Positions 40,410 through 55,121 are shown, counted from the first letter of the stretch. The stretch: DNA of 64,000 nucleotides from Eledone cirrhosa (GCA_964016885.1 OZ024751.1:29388001-29452000); one strand, 5' to 3'. Translations and numbers: made by a program. The notes: generated by a model not told the origin, from the sequence alone.

Positions 40410-41147
40410 ACCGGTTGAGTATTAGACAGCATACTTTACAGAATCAAGTTGCATCCCTTTACGTTGAGTTCAAATATTTCTGAGGTTAGCTTTGCCTTTC
40501 ATCCTTACAGGGTCGATAAAATAAAGTATCAGTGTATTGGGGTCAATTTAAACAACTTTCCCCTCCTCCCCCAAAAGTGTTGGCCTTGTGCCTAAATCAG
40601 AAATTATAATTGTTTCTACTTTTGGCACAAGGCCAGCAATTATCCAGTACATTACTGGTACTTTATTTTATCGACCCCATAAGGATGAAAGGCAAAGTTA
40701 ACCTCGGCGGGATTTGAACTCAGAATGGCAAGGGCCGTAACTCTATGCATCAAAGCATGGCGTCCAACCCTCTACCGATACTGCCAATTCACAATGATGT
40801 CACATATAAGAATCTGTAAAGAATTTTAAACAAATGACACAACTGGAATAATATTGAAGAAATCATTATGGTAGACTTGACCACACCAGATGACACAACT
40901 GGAATAATACTGCAGAAATCATTAAGGAAGAAACTGACCACACCAGATGAAACAACAGAATAATTGTTTCTACTTTTGGCACAAGGCCAGTAACTACCCC
41001 AATGCATTACTGGTACTTTATTTTATCGACCCCCGTAAGGATGAAATGCAAAGTTAACCTTGGCAGGATTTGAACTCAGAATGTATAGGGTCATAACTCT
41101 ATGCTGCAAAGCATGTTGTCTGGCCTTCTAACCAATACTGCCAGTCC
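40410..41147. mobile_element. SINE family A cluster: 40410-40606 (+), 40607-40788 (-), 40960-41147 (-)
   Basis: Tail-to-tail pair plus a third copy inserted in a tandem repeat of about 54 bp (40835-41290). Confidence 0.88.
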
Positions 41148-41987
41148 AACTGCAGAAATCACTAAGCTCAAACTGATGACATAGATGACACAACAATAAT
41201 ACTGCAGAAATCACTAAGCTCAAACTGACCATATAGATGACACAACAGGATAATACTGGCAGAACTAAGCTAGAGCTGACCACATATTTACAAGACAGTC
41301 CCAAGTTCAAGAGATTAAAGGAGAAAAATGTTGATGCTGAACTGACTTAATTCTTAGACAAACTACTTTTGGAAGTTGACCAATTTCTTGTGAGGTTGTT
41401 GTTAGCACACAACATAAACTGCCTCTTTATGCAACCCAACTGATAGTTTAACCTTTAGACCATTACATTGGCTATTTATATCCCTATTTTTTTAATGGCT
41501 GCTTTTTTTCGTTCATTTAAATCTGAAAATGAATTTGGTAAAATCGTAAAATCTTTCCAAGCCTCCTAGTAAGACTACTAGTATTTTCTAGTGATTCATT
41601 TGACTCATTTCACCTTGTCTGCTTTGCTTGTATTTACCTCCATTTCGTTTCTATGATTTGCCAAATTTCTGTCAGCCAAAGATTTACCTTGTTAACCTAA
41701 TGGCCACAACATGTCATTTTATTTGAACTTATTACAAGATACCAATTTAAACCAGTGTCTGCCTTTTGAATAATTTTAGTTGAAGATGTACTAATGGCTA
41801 TCTTCTTCATATAACTGGCTACATTTCATATCAAATATAACTATATTAGGAGACATAACAATCTTAGCCAACAGTTGCTTACTGCTGTACATAGCTAGCT
41901 ATCCCATACTATAGACAAAAGCTATCCTTATCCAAAGGCTATCCTTTTCAAATAGCTAAACTGGTAGCTATATTAGTCTTAGACATT

Positions 41988-42228
41988 CCTTAGCTAAACA
42001 TTAGACATATTTTATTACAGATAAACATTATATTTATCTTAACATAACTAAACATGAGACATACCTTAACATATTCAAACATTAGATATATCTTAACATA
42101 ACTAAACATGAGACATACCTTAACATATTTAAACATTAAATATATCTTAACAGCTAAATATGAGATATATCCTAACATAGCTAAACATAAGACCTATCTT
42201 AACGTATTTAAACATTAGATATATCTTC
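41988..42228. repeat. Minisatellite of about 26-27 bp
   Basis: cttaacata(a/t)..aaacat(g/t)aga(c/t)ata repeated about 9 times. Confidence 0.85.
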
Positions 42229-43191
42229 CTCAATATCATTAGATATAAAGGAAGAATTGACTCCAATATTAGACTGGTACTTTTTTATCAACCTAAAATG
42301 AATGAAATGCAAAGTTGAGCTCTGTGGGATTTAAGTTCAAAGAACAGAGCCAAAACAAATACCACAAAGTATTCTATTCAACATTCTAACAACTCTGCCA
42401 ATTCACAGATTTCATCGAGAGTAGGATAGAGAAAATGGAAGTAGGAAAGAGATATTAGAGGAACATTGATACTTTTTATCAACCTAAAATAAATGAAATG
42501 CAAAGTTGATTTTGCTGGGATTTGAACTCAGAGTGCAGAGATTCCAAAACAAATACTACAAATCATTCTATTCAACATTCTAATGACTCTGCCAATTCAC
42601 TGCCTCACTAAATATATAACCCTAAACAGAGAACATTGTAAATAGTTGTTACGTTACTACAATGGCAGTTATTTATATAAATGTACTTGAAAACAAAGTC
42701 TTATTACGTTGATTGTTGCTTTCTTCAGTCACTTTAGAAGCATGTTATTAAAGAATGTCAAATATATAAATATTTAAATATTTTTTATTTTTTATTTTTT
42801 TTTTTTGTAATTTGATTTCAAAATTTATTTATTTATTTATTTATTTATTTCTTCATAATTGATTATATTGGAATATCTTTAAATAATTAAAAACAAAATA
42901 TTATTGTATCTCTCCTAACACCAGCCGAGCCCATCCCACCCCACCTCATCCCTCTCTCAGGTTAATCAAAGAAAGCAGTTACTTGAAAAGAAGAAAATAA
43001 CAGATGATTGTTACTACACCAATAACAAGTTGGTGTTTAAAAATCATGTGTTATTTAAATGCTAAACATCCTGTAATTATTGTGGTGTGTCCGTCTTGCT
43101 TGTAATATCATTGATATAAAAGTTTTGATCTCTTTAAATCAAACATCACTTTGAGTTGTTATAAGATGGGAGAATATAGAAAAATGAAAAA

Positions 43192-43703
43192 AAAACTGGT
43201 AACCAATTAAGTTAAAAATAAGTGTTAAACAGTTAAGTAAAAAACAACTGGTAACCAGTTAAGTTAAAAATAATTTAAACAGTTGAGTTTAGAAAAATGG
43301 TAACCAATTAAGTTAAAATTAACTGTTAAACAGTTGAGTTAAAAATAACTGGTAACCAGTTAAGTTTAAAATAAGTGTTAAACAGTTGAGTTTAGAAAAA
43401 TGGTAACCAGTTAAATTAAAAATAAGTGTTAAAGAGTTGAGTTAAAATTAACTGGTAACCAGTTCAGTTAAAAATAACTGTTAAACAATTGAGTTTTTAA
43501 AAAATGGTAGCCAGTTAAGTTAAAAATAACTATTAAACGGTTGAGTTTTAAAAAATGGTAACCAGTTAAGTTAAAAATAAGTGTTAAACAGTTGATTTAA
43601 AGATAACTGGTAACCGGTTAAGTTAAAACTAACTGTGAAACAGTTAAGTTAAAAGAACACTAGTAACCAGTTATGTTAAAAATAACTGGAACCAGTTAAG
43701 ATA
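43192..43703. repeat. Minisatellite of about 52 bp made of two alternating palindromic subunits
   Basis: aactggt-a-accagtt alternates with aactgtt-a-aacagtt; about 10 units. Confidence 0.9.
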
Positions 43704-44139
43704 AAGGTAAACAGAAATAACAACACAAGCGGTACAGTATATGAAAATAATATATTAGGTTAACGCTTGAAATAGCAGGAAGGAGGTCTAAAAATTTGGA
43801 TGCTAGTTTTTCATCAGAAGAAAGAATGAGAAATTAGAAAGATTGAAGGGATGGCAGGGCGGAATCAGAAAAAATATATATAATCTAATAAATAGAATAG
43901 CTAGGATGCAAGATGGCTATAGGTTCTTTCATGTAACTATACCATAGTCCCTTTGTATATTCAAGAAGGCCCTGTGTGATGGTTGGCCTGAAGATTGTGT
44001 AATTTTGCCATAGTATAATTATACAAAACAATTTGTAGCTACCTTGTATCCTAGCTATTGATTGCTTTACATTTAATATTATATATATATACACATAAAA
44101 TATATACATATATAATATATACATATAATATATATATAA

Positions 44140-44352
44140 CCAATTCTGCCAATTCTGGAATAGAACCAGCGATGAATTAGTTTAGCGAGTTTTTTTTATG
44201 AAATCGTGTGTCGAAACAAATATTGTTATATTTGGGGAGGGTCATATTTGTGTAATAATATTGCCAGAATTAATAACAGAACACACCAAACAGTGAGTGT
44301 GTTCTGTTATTAATTCTGGCAATATTATTACACAAATATGACCCTCCCCAAG
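44140..44352. mobile_element. Fold-back element in (TA)n with perfect 55-bp hairpin
   Basis: Arms 44232-44286 / 44297-44351, 10-nt loop. Confidence 0.75.
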
Positions 44353-44377
44353 TATATATATATATATATATATATAG

Positions 44378-44479
<102 letters not shown>

Positions 44480-44526
44480 ATGTATATATATATATATATT
44501 ATATATATATATATATATATTATATG

Positions 44527-44558
<32 letters not shown>

Positions 44559-44591
44559 TATATATATATTATATATATGTTTAACTCTTAA

Positions 44592-44622
<31 letters not shown>

Positions 44623-45344
44623 ATATAAATATATAATATATATATATATATTGTGTGTGTGTGTGTGTGGGTGTGTGTGTGTTTATACATAGTATTTCTG
44701 AACACCTTATATCACAAATTTATTATATTTTTGCCCTTTTTTTTTTCCTCCACCAAAATAATGGAAGGATATTTCATTTTCAATTAAAATCTCAACAACT
44801 TCTTAACTCTAAGAATTTTATCTTTACAAAATAAATTGAAAAGGATATGTGTGGGAAAAAACATTTTTTTACTCTTGATTTTGTTTTGTTGGGTTTCTTT
44901 TTTGTTCGAAATTTGGTGTAAATGAGTAAATTATTCCAAAGAAGAAACTTCCAATCAACTATATCTGGAAATTTTTTGGTTGTGTCAAGGGAATGTTGTG
45001 AACTTAAGAGTAAATTAGACTATAATATACTTAACGAGTGATTTAATCAGCTCTAGGTTTGTACTTCTAAGCTATGGAGCATCACTAACAAATTAATTTG
45101 AACAAGAAACATGCTTTTCACTCACCTATAGATAAAAATTAAATCAATATTTTTATGTAATTATATTTCCTAAAACAAAAGCTCTCTGTCTGTGCGTGTA
45201 TGTGTGCGTGCATGCATGCATGTGTGTGTGTGCGCGTTTGCATATGTGTGGTGTATGTGTTTGGAAGGGTGGGGAGGTGATATTCATAAACTATATTCAG
45301 TCTAATGAGAAGAGCAGTATAACAGTAACGATAATACTGATTAT

Positions 45345-45513
45345 AATAATTGCTTCTATTTTTGGCACAAGGCCAGCAATTATTCCAGTGCATTACTGGT
45401 ACTTTATTTTATTGACCCCGTAAGGATGAAATGCAAAGTTAACCTCGGTGGGATTTGAACTCAGACCGTAAAGGGGCATAACTCTATGCTGCAAAGCTGC
45501 CAATCCACCGCCC
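45345..45513 (-). mobile_element. SINE family A with small internal deletion
   Basis: Reverse complement of the consensus, ending ctgccaatccaccgccct. Confidence 0.88.
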
Positions 45514-45689
45514 TCTTATAATGATAATAATAATGTTAATAATAATAAATATAACAATGATAATGATAATACTAATGACATTATAACTATAGTAATACAG
45601 CAACAACCAGAATGATAATAATAGTAACAGTTATAATAACAACTATGATATCAAAAATATTAATATAACTATAAAAATGATGATCTCGT

Positions 45690-46305
45690 TATTGGCCACA
45701 AGGGCTGACATCAAGAAAAACATTACAGACGGCACAGGACGGTACAGGAGGGTACGATGTGGGTTTTGTGCGTGTAACGATTTTTATTATTTATATAAGA
45801 AACGAATAAAAAAGACATAGAAACATATATATATATAAACAATTAAAGTGAAAATTCAAACAATGAAAAATTCCCCAATAGGAGGGAAACCTCCGAGGGT
45901 TACTCGTGGTGAAAACCACACAAAAGACCACGGCCACCCTGTCCACCAGGGCAAGCGCCCTCTCTCAACTTTTTCCCATCTCTCAAACTACAGACGTATA
46001 TTCAGAGCGGTCCCATTGACTCGGACCATTTTCGCTACATTCACCCACCTTTCAACAAACTTGCTAGAAGACAGCACTTGCCTCTCCACCCTGATTTTCC
46101 TTTTCAAGTGAAACTTGAAAAAGTTAATCAGGGATTCGCCGAAGAGGAAAGTGTCTGTCTTTAACCCTTTCAACCTTGTCCACCACACAATCTCTTTCGC
46201 CATGGCCGCCAGGCAGATGAAAACTGCCTGCCCTTCCTCCTCGAAGCAAGACGACGAGACCATCTGCACAATGGACTCAGTTGACAACCGGATCGGTCCT
46301 GCTTA
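45690..46305 (-). mobile_element. L1/Tx1-like LINE 3' end
   Basis: ORF 45988-46287 AVFICLAAMAKEIVWWTRLKGL...LINFFKFHLKRKIRVER...KFVERW resembles the Tx1-type ORF2 C-terminus (AKxxIWxxR...FxxxW), followed by 3' UTR. Confidence 0.7.
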
Positions 46306-46538
46306 AAAATTACTTACAGAGCCGAGCCTCCATCAACCATGGCATTCAATAATAATAATAATAATAATATAACAACTTTAATAATGATTACAAAAAAAAA
46401 ATCAAGTTTAATTTAAGTTGTCTAATTTATATTATTTTATATAAATTTATCTTTTTTACAAGCCCCTTCCCCTTTTTTTTTCTTCTTCCTCATGTTAGCA
46501 TGTGTTGCAATCTTCAACAATTTTTTCGTTTTGTTTTG

Positions 46539-46652
46539 TCTTCTTCTTCTTCTTCTTCTTCTTCTTCTTCTTCTTCTTCTTCTTCTTCTTCTTCTTCTTC
46601 TTCTTCTCCTCCTCCTCCTCCTCCTCCTCCTCCTCCTCCTCCATCTTCTTCT
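46539..46652. repeat. (CTT)n(CCT)n polypyrimidine tract
   Basis: Directly visible. Confidence 0.95.
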
Positions 46653-47097
46653 TCATCTCTTCTCATGTATTTACCGTTATCTCCTGCTGCATGTTGTAAC
46701 ATTAAAATACGTTGTTACAAGCAACTATTTTTTGTTTTGGTTTTTTCGGTGTTGTTTTTTTTTTGTTTTTTTTTTTGTGTATTTTGTTGTTGTTTTTATT
46801 TCTTTTATTAATGATTTGGATACATTTTCTAACATTAGCAACTTAACCGTGCTGGACCTGAACTCACAACCTCTAGGTTGCTAGTCCAGCAGTTTTATTG
46901 CTCAGTCAATATTAATTTTTTTAGCAAATTTATTAATAAACCAAGGAATAATTTGAATTTGAGTTAGTCCAAATATTATATATATATATTTATATATATG
47001 CATGTATGTGTGTGTATATATATATATATTTGTGTATGTATATATGTATATTCATAAATATATATATTTATATATGTGTGTGTATGTATATATATAT

Positions 47098-47184
<87 letters not shown>

Positions 47185-47189
47185 TTGTG

Positions 47190-47246
<57 letters not shown>

Positions 47247-47263
47247 ATATTTATATATTTGTG

Positions 47264-47309
<46 letters not shown>

Positions 47310-47365
47310 TATATATATACATATATTTATATATAAGTGTGTATGTATATATACATTCATATATA

Positions 47366-48666
47366 TCATCATCATCATCATCATCTTCGTTTAATGTCCT
47401 TCTTCCACGCTAGCATGGGTTAAACGGGAGTTGTCCCACTTGAGGCAAGGTTGGTCGGGTGACCATGTCTCGCTCATATAGGACTATCTGGCAGGTTTTC
47501 TAGGGCTGGATGCCCTTCCTAACACCAACCAGATTTACAGTGTGGAACTGGGAACTTTTTACCGTGTTACCTACACGGCCACATTACTGCGTTGACTGTG
47601 TTTTTTTTTGTCGTGACTCCTACACGATCTCGATCTCATTATCTCATTTATTTGGACTGGATGTTGTGGTACCAACTTTACAAAGAGAGGATGGTGTTGG
47701 TGGGAGTGGGAGGATAGGCTAGGGGTAGTGGATTGAGGTGTATATTTGGTTAAGAAGTGCCTACTGACTGTAGGTTTTGCTTTGTACATAGGCAAGGCGG
47801 GTCTTCTGTATTACTGCGTAACACCAAAGATCTTGGTCCAGTGACATTGTCTTAGAGAGGTGCAAAGTGTGTAAGGTCGGAATTTATCAAATCGTCCCAG
47901 GTATTTCTGGATCTTCCTACTCCATAACTTCCATCAATCTTGATTGCCCTGCACTTTTTGATACAGCTGTCATCTTTTATGCACATCTCGTGACCATACC
48001 AACATAGTCTTCTCTCAAGTAAATAGCATTTGATCCCTCTTATTCCTAATTTCTCACTTAGTTCATTTATGCTTTGCCGTTCACATATATATTACTATTA
48101 CACATCCAACGGAGCATGCATGCTTCGTTCCTTTCCAGTCTGCGCAGGTCCTCTGCACGCAATGCCCATGTCTCACTGCCATGTAGCATTTCTGTTCATA
48201 TACAGGCATCATACAATCTGCCTTCATTTTTAGAGACAAAACTTTTGTCGCCAACAGCGGTATAAGCTCTCTGAACTTTTTCCATCCCGTTCTGATTCTG
48301 GCTACTGTACTTTCAGAGCACCCTCCACCACTGCTGATTTTGTCACCCAGGTAACGGAAAGTGTCCATTATTTCTATAGAACCATCTTGGCAATAGAAGG
48401 AGCCAGTATCCTGTGGGCACTTGCTACTTATTATACCTGAGCATTGGCCACATATAAAATCTACGTTCTTAGATAGTTTACCTGTGATCCCACTACATCT
48501 TTTATGTACCCATAGTTTGCATTTGGGACATAAAATGGAATTTCTGCGTACTCTTTTTCTACACACTTAGCATGGCCATTTCCCTGAGGGCACCTGTAGC
48601 CCTATTTTCCTTTCTACAAACTAGAACTTTAGTCTTAGACAAGTTAACTTTAAGGCCTTTTGATTC
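47366..48666 (-). mobile_element. 5'-truncated, degenerate RTE-clade LINE
   Basis: [15 protein letters not shown], Cys/His cluster, FRYLGDKISSGGGCSESTVARIRTGWKKFREL, RRLCWYGH, GRSRNTW; frameshifts and stops; (ATG)n tail. Confidence 0.92.
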
Positions 48667-48699
48667 TATATATGTGTATATATATTCTATATATATATA

Positions 48700-48753
<54 letters not shown>

Positions 48754-49156
48754 AATGTAAGCATGTATGTATGTACATTAGTATGTATATATATATATAT
48801 ACATGCACACATATATATATATATGCACGTATCGGTTTACCGAACATTTATTATAATGCTCGGTTTGTTTGTAAACAAACAAACAGCCCGAATTACGCCG
48901 TACAGTGTTTAGGCAACCACGTCACCTTTTTGTTCATCACTATATATATGTATATATATATATATATATTTAATTTTTCTCCATATTCTTCTAGAACAAA
49001 ATATTACCATTTTTGTTGACATTGTTTCATATATCAATGTGAAACCGGTGAACACATGCTCTTCACTATTTTGTTTTTTATTTGCTGCATCCTCTACCAA
49101 TAATTTCCAACTGCAATAAAACCAGACTAAATAAAAAAACTATCTAGCATTTTCTC

Positions 49157-49194
<38 letters not shown>

Positions 49195-49725
49195 TCTCTC
49201 TCTCGCAATTGGTTGCCTAGCTACCTCTTTGTAAATAATTTTGTGGTCTTAAATTCAACATCATCATCATCAGTATCAGCTTATATTTGAGTATATATGG
49301 TATATATCTGATCCTACTGAGTACTATCAGCTTCTTTAGTGTTGGTGCCACAATACAATGCACCCAGTACCCTCTGTAAAGTGGTTGGTGATCAAACGAA
49401 TACAATGTTAGGTAGATGAGAGTCATCAATTTTGCTGAGTACATGATGACATTTCTAATACTGGTTCCATGATAAAATGAACCCAGTACACTCTCTAAAA
49501 TTGTTGGTATTAGGAAGAGCATCGAGTCATAGAAACTGTGCCAAAATGAAAAATATATGAGCAAGATGTGGTTCCCTTATCAGTTAAGTCTTGGACCATG
49601 ACAGCCTGTCTAACCTATGCCAGTATGGAAGATGGATGTAAAACGATTTCCTCTTCAATATTTTTAGTAGGAAACATCTTCCTTTAAAATTGGCAGAGCC
49701 CATCCCCTCTTAAGGTCTAAACATA

Positions 49726-49776
<51 letters not shown>

Positions 49777-52094
49777 CAGGTGAAGTATGATAGAGAAAGA
49801 ATTGACCCCAGTGTTGAAATGGTACTTTTTTTTATCGACCTTGAAAGAATCATAAACAAAGTTGACCTCAGTCAAATATTCTCAACATTCTCTCTGATCC
49901 TCGAACAACTCTACCAATTTACAAACATTTTCATTAAATATAGTTTTGTGTATTCTTTAATATTACTGCTATTATACATTTCTATAAGTTACTTTAAACA
50001 GTTTGAACTGGTAACATTGAGGTGGTATAATTCTGTGATAAATTTACAAAAAAAGTATAATTATATCTTTATAAAAAAAGGTAAGGGTTGAATGTTCTGT
50101 AATATTGTACATTATATATCTTTCTAGAAATTAGTTGAAAGTTTGAGCCTGTAACATTTTAAAGTTCTTTGATAAATTTACAAAAAAAGTATAACTATAT
50201 CTTTATAAAAAAAAAAAGTGGGGTTGAATATTCTCTAATATTATACATTATATATCTTTCTAGAAATTAGTTTAAAGTTTGAGTCTGCAACATTCTAATA
50301 TTGTTTTGTTACTCTGTGATAAATTTTCTCTTAACTACCATTATTCATTTTTGTTCTTCAGTTTCAATTTTTTATTATTATTATTATTATTTTATTTTAT
50401 TATTGCTATTATTATTATTTCATTTTATTCTATTTTTCCTAAGACACCTTTCGGAATTGTATTAGTTCAAGTAGCCAACTTTTGATTCCAGTTCCACATT
50501 TCTTTTCATTCTTTACTTTCCTACAATCTGTCTAGGTTTTTTGTCTCCTAAAAGACAATTGAGTTGTTTTAATTGAGCTCAGATCTGAAAATCAAGTTGA
50601 ATAGCTTTCTCTTGTGCCAAAGTGTTTGCGAAACGATCAAAAGAAAATCCAAGTTGCTGGCAGGCGTAATGTTTTAGCAGTTGGGAAGGTCCTGGGCGGA
50701 CACAAGTCTACATTACCAAACACGGCTGCTGACCCATGAACTCTTTCACTTAATATTCAGAACTTCCTTTCAGTGTGTCTGCTACTATAAACCATTCTTT
50801 TGTCTTGTTGAAGACAGCTGTCTTGTGATTATGACATTTGCATTTCCATTTCTATAAAAGATGATGATATCCAAAGATAATTCTTCCTTGAGCTAAGCAT
50901 CTCAATTTTGGTTGTGCATACCTTGTAGCAAAGTTGATCAAAGAACTACTTATATACAGCCTTGGAATTCTTTGAAAGTATTCTTCACTTATGTGTACAT
51001 GGTTTTGGTATAATTTTCATTTATTTTTTTATCTTTTTTTTTTTAATCTTTTTTTATTTGTTACCTCATTCAAGCTCCTCTACCATAAATCTCTTATTAA
51101 AACCACCAGATTCTACCAATATATTTCCTTGTTATATCTTTATGCAATTCTACAAAGAGAAACTTTGAGAGTACTACTAGATTGGTGATTGACTTTATAA
51201 ATATTCAGCACTTTTCTCTGACAATGAATACAATTATAATCTTTAAATTGATGACAATATTAACCCTAACCCTTCTCTTACCAGAATTCAAATGAGATAC
51301 TATAAAATTAAAATACATAAAATTTGAAATTAATTAAAAGTTTTGAAGGATATAATAGAATAACTGACTTTTTCATAATTAAAATGATCTTAAGGACATA
51401 TCTTAATAGCATATTTTTACTTAAAATTATGATGAAAAGCTTGAATTTAAATATGAACTTTTACAACCTAACTTTTTCATAATTAAGATGGTCTTAGGAC
51501 ATATCTTAATAAAGGGATTTTACTTAAAATTATGATGGAAGGATTGATTTTTACTATGAACTCTTCAAAATTAGAAATTTATTTTCTTATACATAACAAA
51601 TATACTTTTGATATAATAGAAATGAAAATTATAAATATATTTTTTTATTCAAATTCCCTCAACTAGTTTAAACATATTTCAACTATTTTACTGCACACAC
51701 ATATATATATATATATATGTATATATATGTATTAACAATGTGATCAGTGATTCTGAATGGAAGACATATCTTTTCAACACTAAACATGTTTATATATTTA
51801 GGTGGGATGACATATCAAATTTTTAAGGACTCACAGTGGGGCATGGATTCAAAATAGTTAAGGACCATGCCATTATTTGAAATGTATCTTTAAAATGGTC
51901 AGTTAGCATATAAAATTTGCCTTTCATCCTTACGGAATCAATAAAATAAAATACCAGTAATGCACTGGGGTCAATTTAATCCTCAAAGTTGTTGGCATTG
52001 TGCCTAAAGTAAAAACCATTATTTGAAATGTCTAATAATAAAGAATAACTTTGCTACACTTATTTAATGAGGGGGTGGATTTTCTTAATTTTTT

Positions 52095-52334
52095 TAACTC
52101 TTTAGGATTTAAACCGGCCGTATCTGACCAGAATCTCTCACCTCTTTCTGTTCAAACCGACCGTAACCGGCCGTAACCGGCCACTCATACTGATGCTAAA
52201 GTATTGTTCTCAAAATAAATAATATCAAAATCTCATACATTCGATATTATCTAAGGTAATTATGTAAGATAAAGCCTTTACCATGAAAATAAAAAAAGTG
52301 AATATATAGAGTAATGTAAATGCTAAAGGGTTAA
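52095..52334. mobile_element. piggyBac-like MITE P1
   Basis: TTAA|ctctttaggattta ... taaatgctaaaggg|TTAA. Confidence 0.82.
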
Positions 52335-52584
52335 AAAAAGAAAACTCTATTGCATTCTAGCCATACATTTCAGTATGTTTTATAAGAGGGTTTTCTCTTT
52401 TTGTCAAGAAAATTATCTCGTATGAGGAATAGGTTTAAAATAGTTTATTGTGTTCATATAGAGAACAATATTATAGAATAAACAATTTTAGAACTGCAAA
52501 ATACTGCTTATGATATATATCCGAACCTAAACTATAAAATTCATCTGAAATAGATAGATAGATAGATAGATATACTCACTATAT

Positions 52585-52627
<43 letters not shown>

Positions 52628-52664
52628 GTGTGTGTGTGTATAAATATATATGTGTGTGTATATA

Positions 52665-52708
<44 letters not shown>

Positions 52709-53728
52709 CATGTAATTTTATATACTAACTTTCTGTGATCTTGGTTATTGACTTGGGAAGGCATTTTTTTTTTCATTATTATTTAGATTCAAACATTTTA
52801 TAACAACCAAACTGTTATTGGAATTTCTGTTCTGTGACACTTAACCTGCCTTGTTCATGTAGCTTTAAAGGAAAGAATTATTCTTTGAATATGTCCTTTA
52901 GCTTTTCCAATCTATCCTCGTTTTTTTTTTTTATATTACATGTATTGTATTTACTTTTGAAATAAGTGTTAAAAACTTTATCTTCCAACTTACATCTGTG
53001 ATATTCTGTATTATGCTCTGTCATTTTCTTGACTACAACACAGCATAAAAATGAACTTATCCAAAACTTTTGAAATTCCAAGTGTTTCTTCTAATAACTG
53101 CTTCAATTAATGGTATTTATGATTAACTTTACAAAATAAATAACTATGAAAAATATGTGAATAAAAAGTTCTTTAAAAAATTCCAGCAAAAAAAAAGAGC
53201 CAGAAAAAAGTTTTAAAAATGAAGGAAAAAAAAACAGTTGTAATGTATAAAAAGAATGTAACTAAAAAAAAAAATGCAGAAGAAAAGAAAGGAGACCTGG
53301 AAGAGAATGGAAAATATGAAATAAAATAATGTTCTTGTAATTTAAAGGGAAGAGAGAAAAACAACAATGCTTTATAGTAAACATTAGTTGTCATATGGTG
53401 GTGTGAGAATGGTTGGGTATGAAGCAGTGTATAAAAATGTAAGTTAGAACCAGGTATTATGTAATGTGTTATATTTTATTGGGTTTTTGTCTTTATATAT
53501 ATTTTTTTTGGTGTTGATCTCCTCTCATTTTGCCAGTTTCTACCTTCTGATTACCGATTATTGGAACCCAGGGCACCCTATGTTTTCGTTTTTCCGATTC
53601 ACTTTTTCGAATCTTCAAAAGTTATGGACAAGTTTCGTGGTTTGTATATGTGTGAGTGTGTGTTTATGTATATGTGCATGTGTGTATGTGTTTATATATA
53701 TATACACACATGTCTGTATGTGTATGTT

Positions 53729-53767
<39 letters not shown>

Positions 53768-55121
53768 GTATGAATGTGTATATATATGTTTATGTGTGCT
53801 TGTATGTATATGTTTATATATGTGTTTGTATGTGTCTGTATGTCTGTGTTTATATATGTATGTGTTTATGTGTGTCCATATATGTTTCTGTCTGAGTTAT
53901 TGTACTGTTTCTGTTTTTGTTTTTTTATTATAAAAGTGATTATGATATATATTTTTTTTATCATCTATTTTATTTTTATTTTATTTTATTTTATTTTATT
54001 AGATATGATTATTTTATATCTTATTCTATTTCAAAGTTAGTTTTCACAGCCTTTCTTGCATCAGAGATATGTTTGAAGTAAAACTGGACGAAACCAAGAA
54101 AATGAAATAAATAAATAAATAAATAAATAAATATATAAATTGAAAAAATAAATACGTATATAAAACGAAAAAAAAAAGCAGAACACTGAAAAGAATACAA
54201 CAACAAAACAACACAAAAAAAAACAATTTTTTGTGTAGGGGGTATGTGGTGTGTCGTGGGGGGTAGGGGCGGACAGAGGAGTTGTAGCTTTATTCCAGGT
54301 TGACATATCATAAGGCTTGTTTTATCAATATTGGCTCTCTCTCAACTTATGTAAAATATTGATGCAAACATCGACTTATCGAAGGTAGGATTAATCTAAA
54401 AGAATAAAATAAAATCACAAAAAAAAAAAACAAACGTAACATTGATGCTGCCTAAATTACTAGTTGACAAGTATTTGAAGACTCTGTTCTTCTTTTTTAT
54501 TTTTTGTTTTTATGAGGAGAGACTTTGCCAAACTGATCTACTGAAAATTTTTGATCATTATTATTTTTATTTTATTTATTATTATTGTTTTTTTTTTGTA
54601 TGTGTATGTGTGTTATTTTTATTTTTAAATATTTTCTTCTATATTCTATCAACCCCCCTTCCCGCCTCTCCACCTTTTTTTTTTCATCATCAGTTTAATA
54701 TCCCTTCTTTCTTCCTCCTGACACTCCTACCACAAAGGGGATACTGACTGAGTCTTTTTTCTTGACTCTTTCAAAAGAACATTCTTCCTTTCTTTCTTTC
54801 GTATTCTTTTTTTTTTTCCATATTACAATCTCTAAGAATGTAGAATTAGCTTTGATTGAAAAAGTTTCATAGCCTTACCCACCCCAACCACATTTCCAGT
54901 ATGTTTTTGTTGTTGTTTTGGTTTATTTTTAAATAAAAAAAATTATTATCTCATATTTCACCATAATGTTACTATAACTCAGCCTTTCTCTTTAATATTA
55001 ACCTTTGTAGGTAGTAAGTTAGTTAACAGTGGACATTCCTCATCTAGTTAAGCAAGCATATCTTCTTTATCACCAACCTCTCTCTCTCTCTCTCTCTCTC
55101 TAAATATATGTGTGTATGCAG

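Noticed and set aside
43192-43703. CRISPR-like array of palindromic repeats
   Set aside because: No unique spacers, no cas genes, eukaryotic context.
54298-54384. Candidate next WDR4 exon (ttccAG...AAG|GTAGGA)
   Set aside because: Stops in all three frames and no WDR4 similarity.
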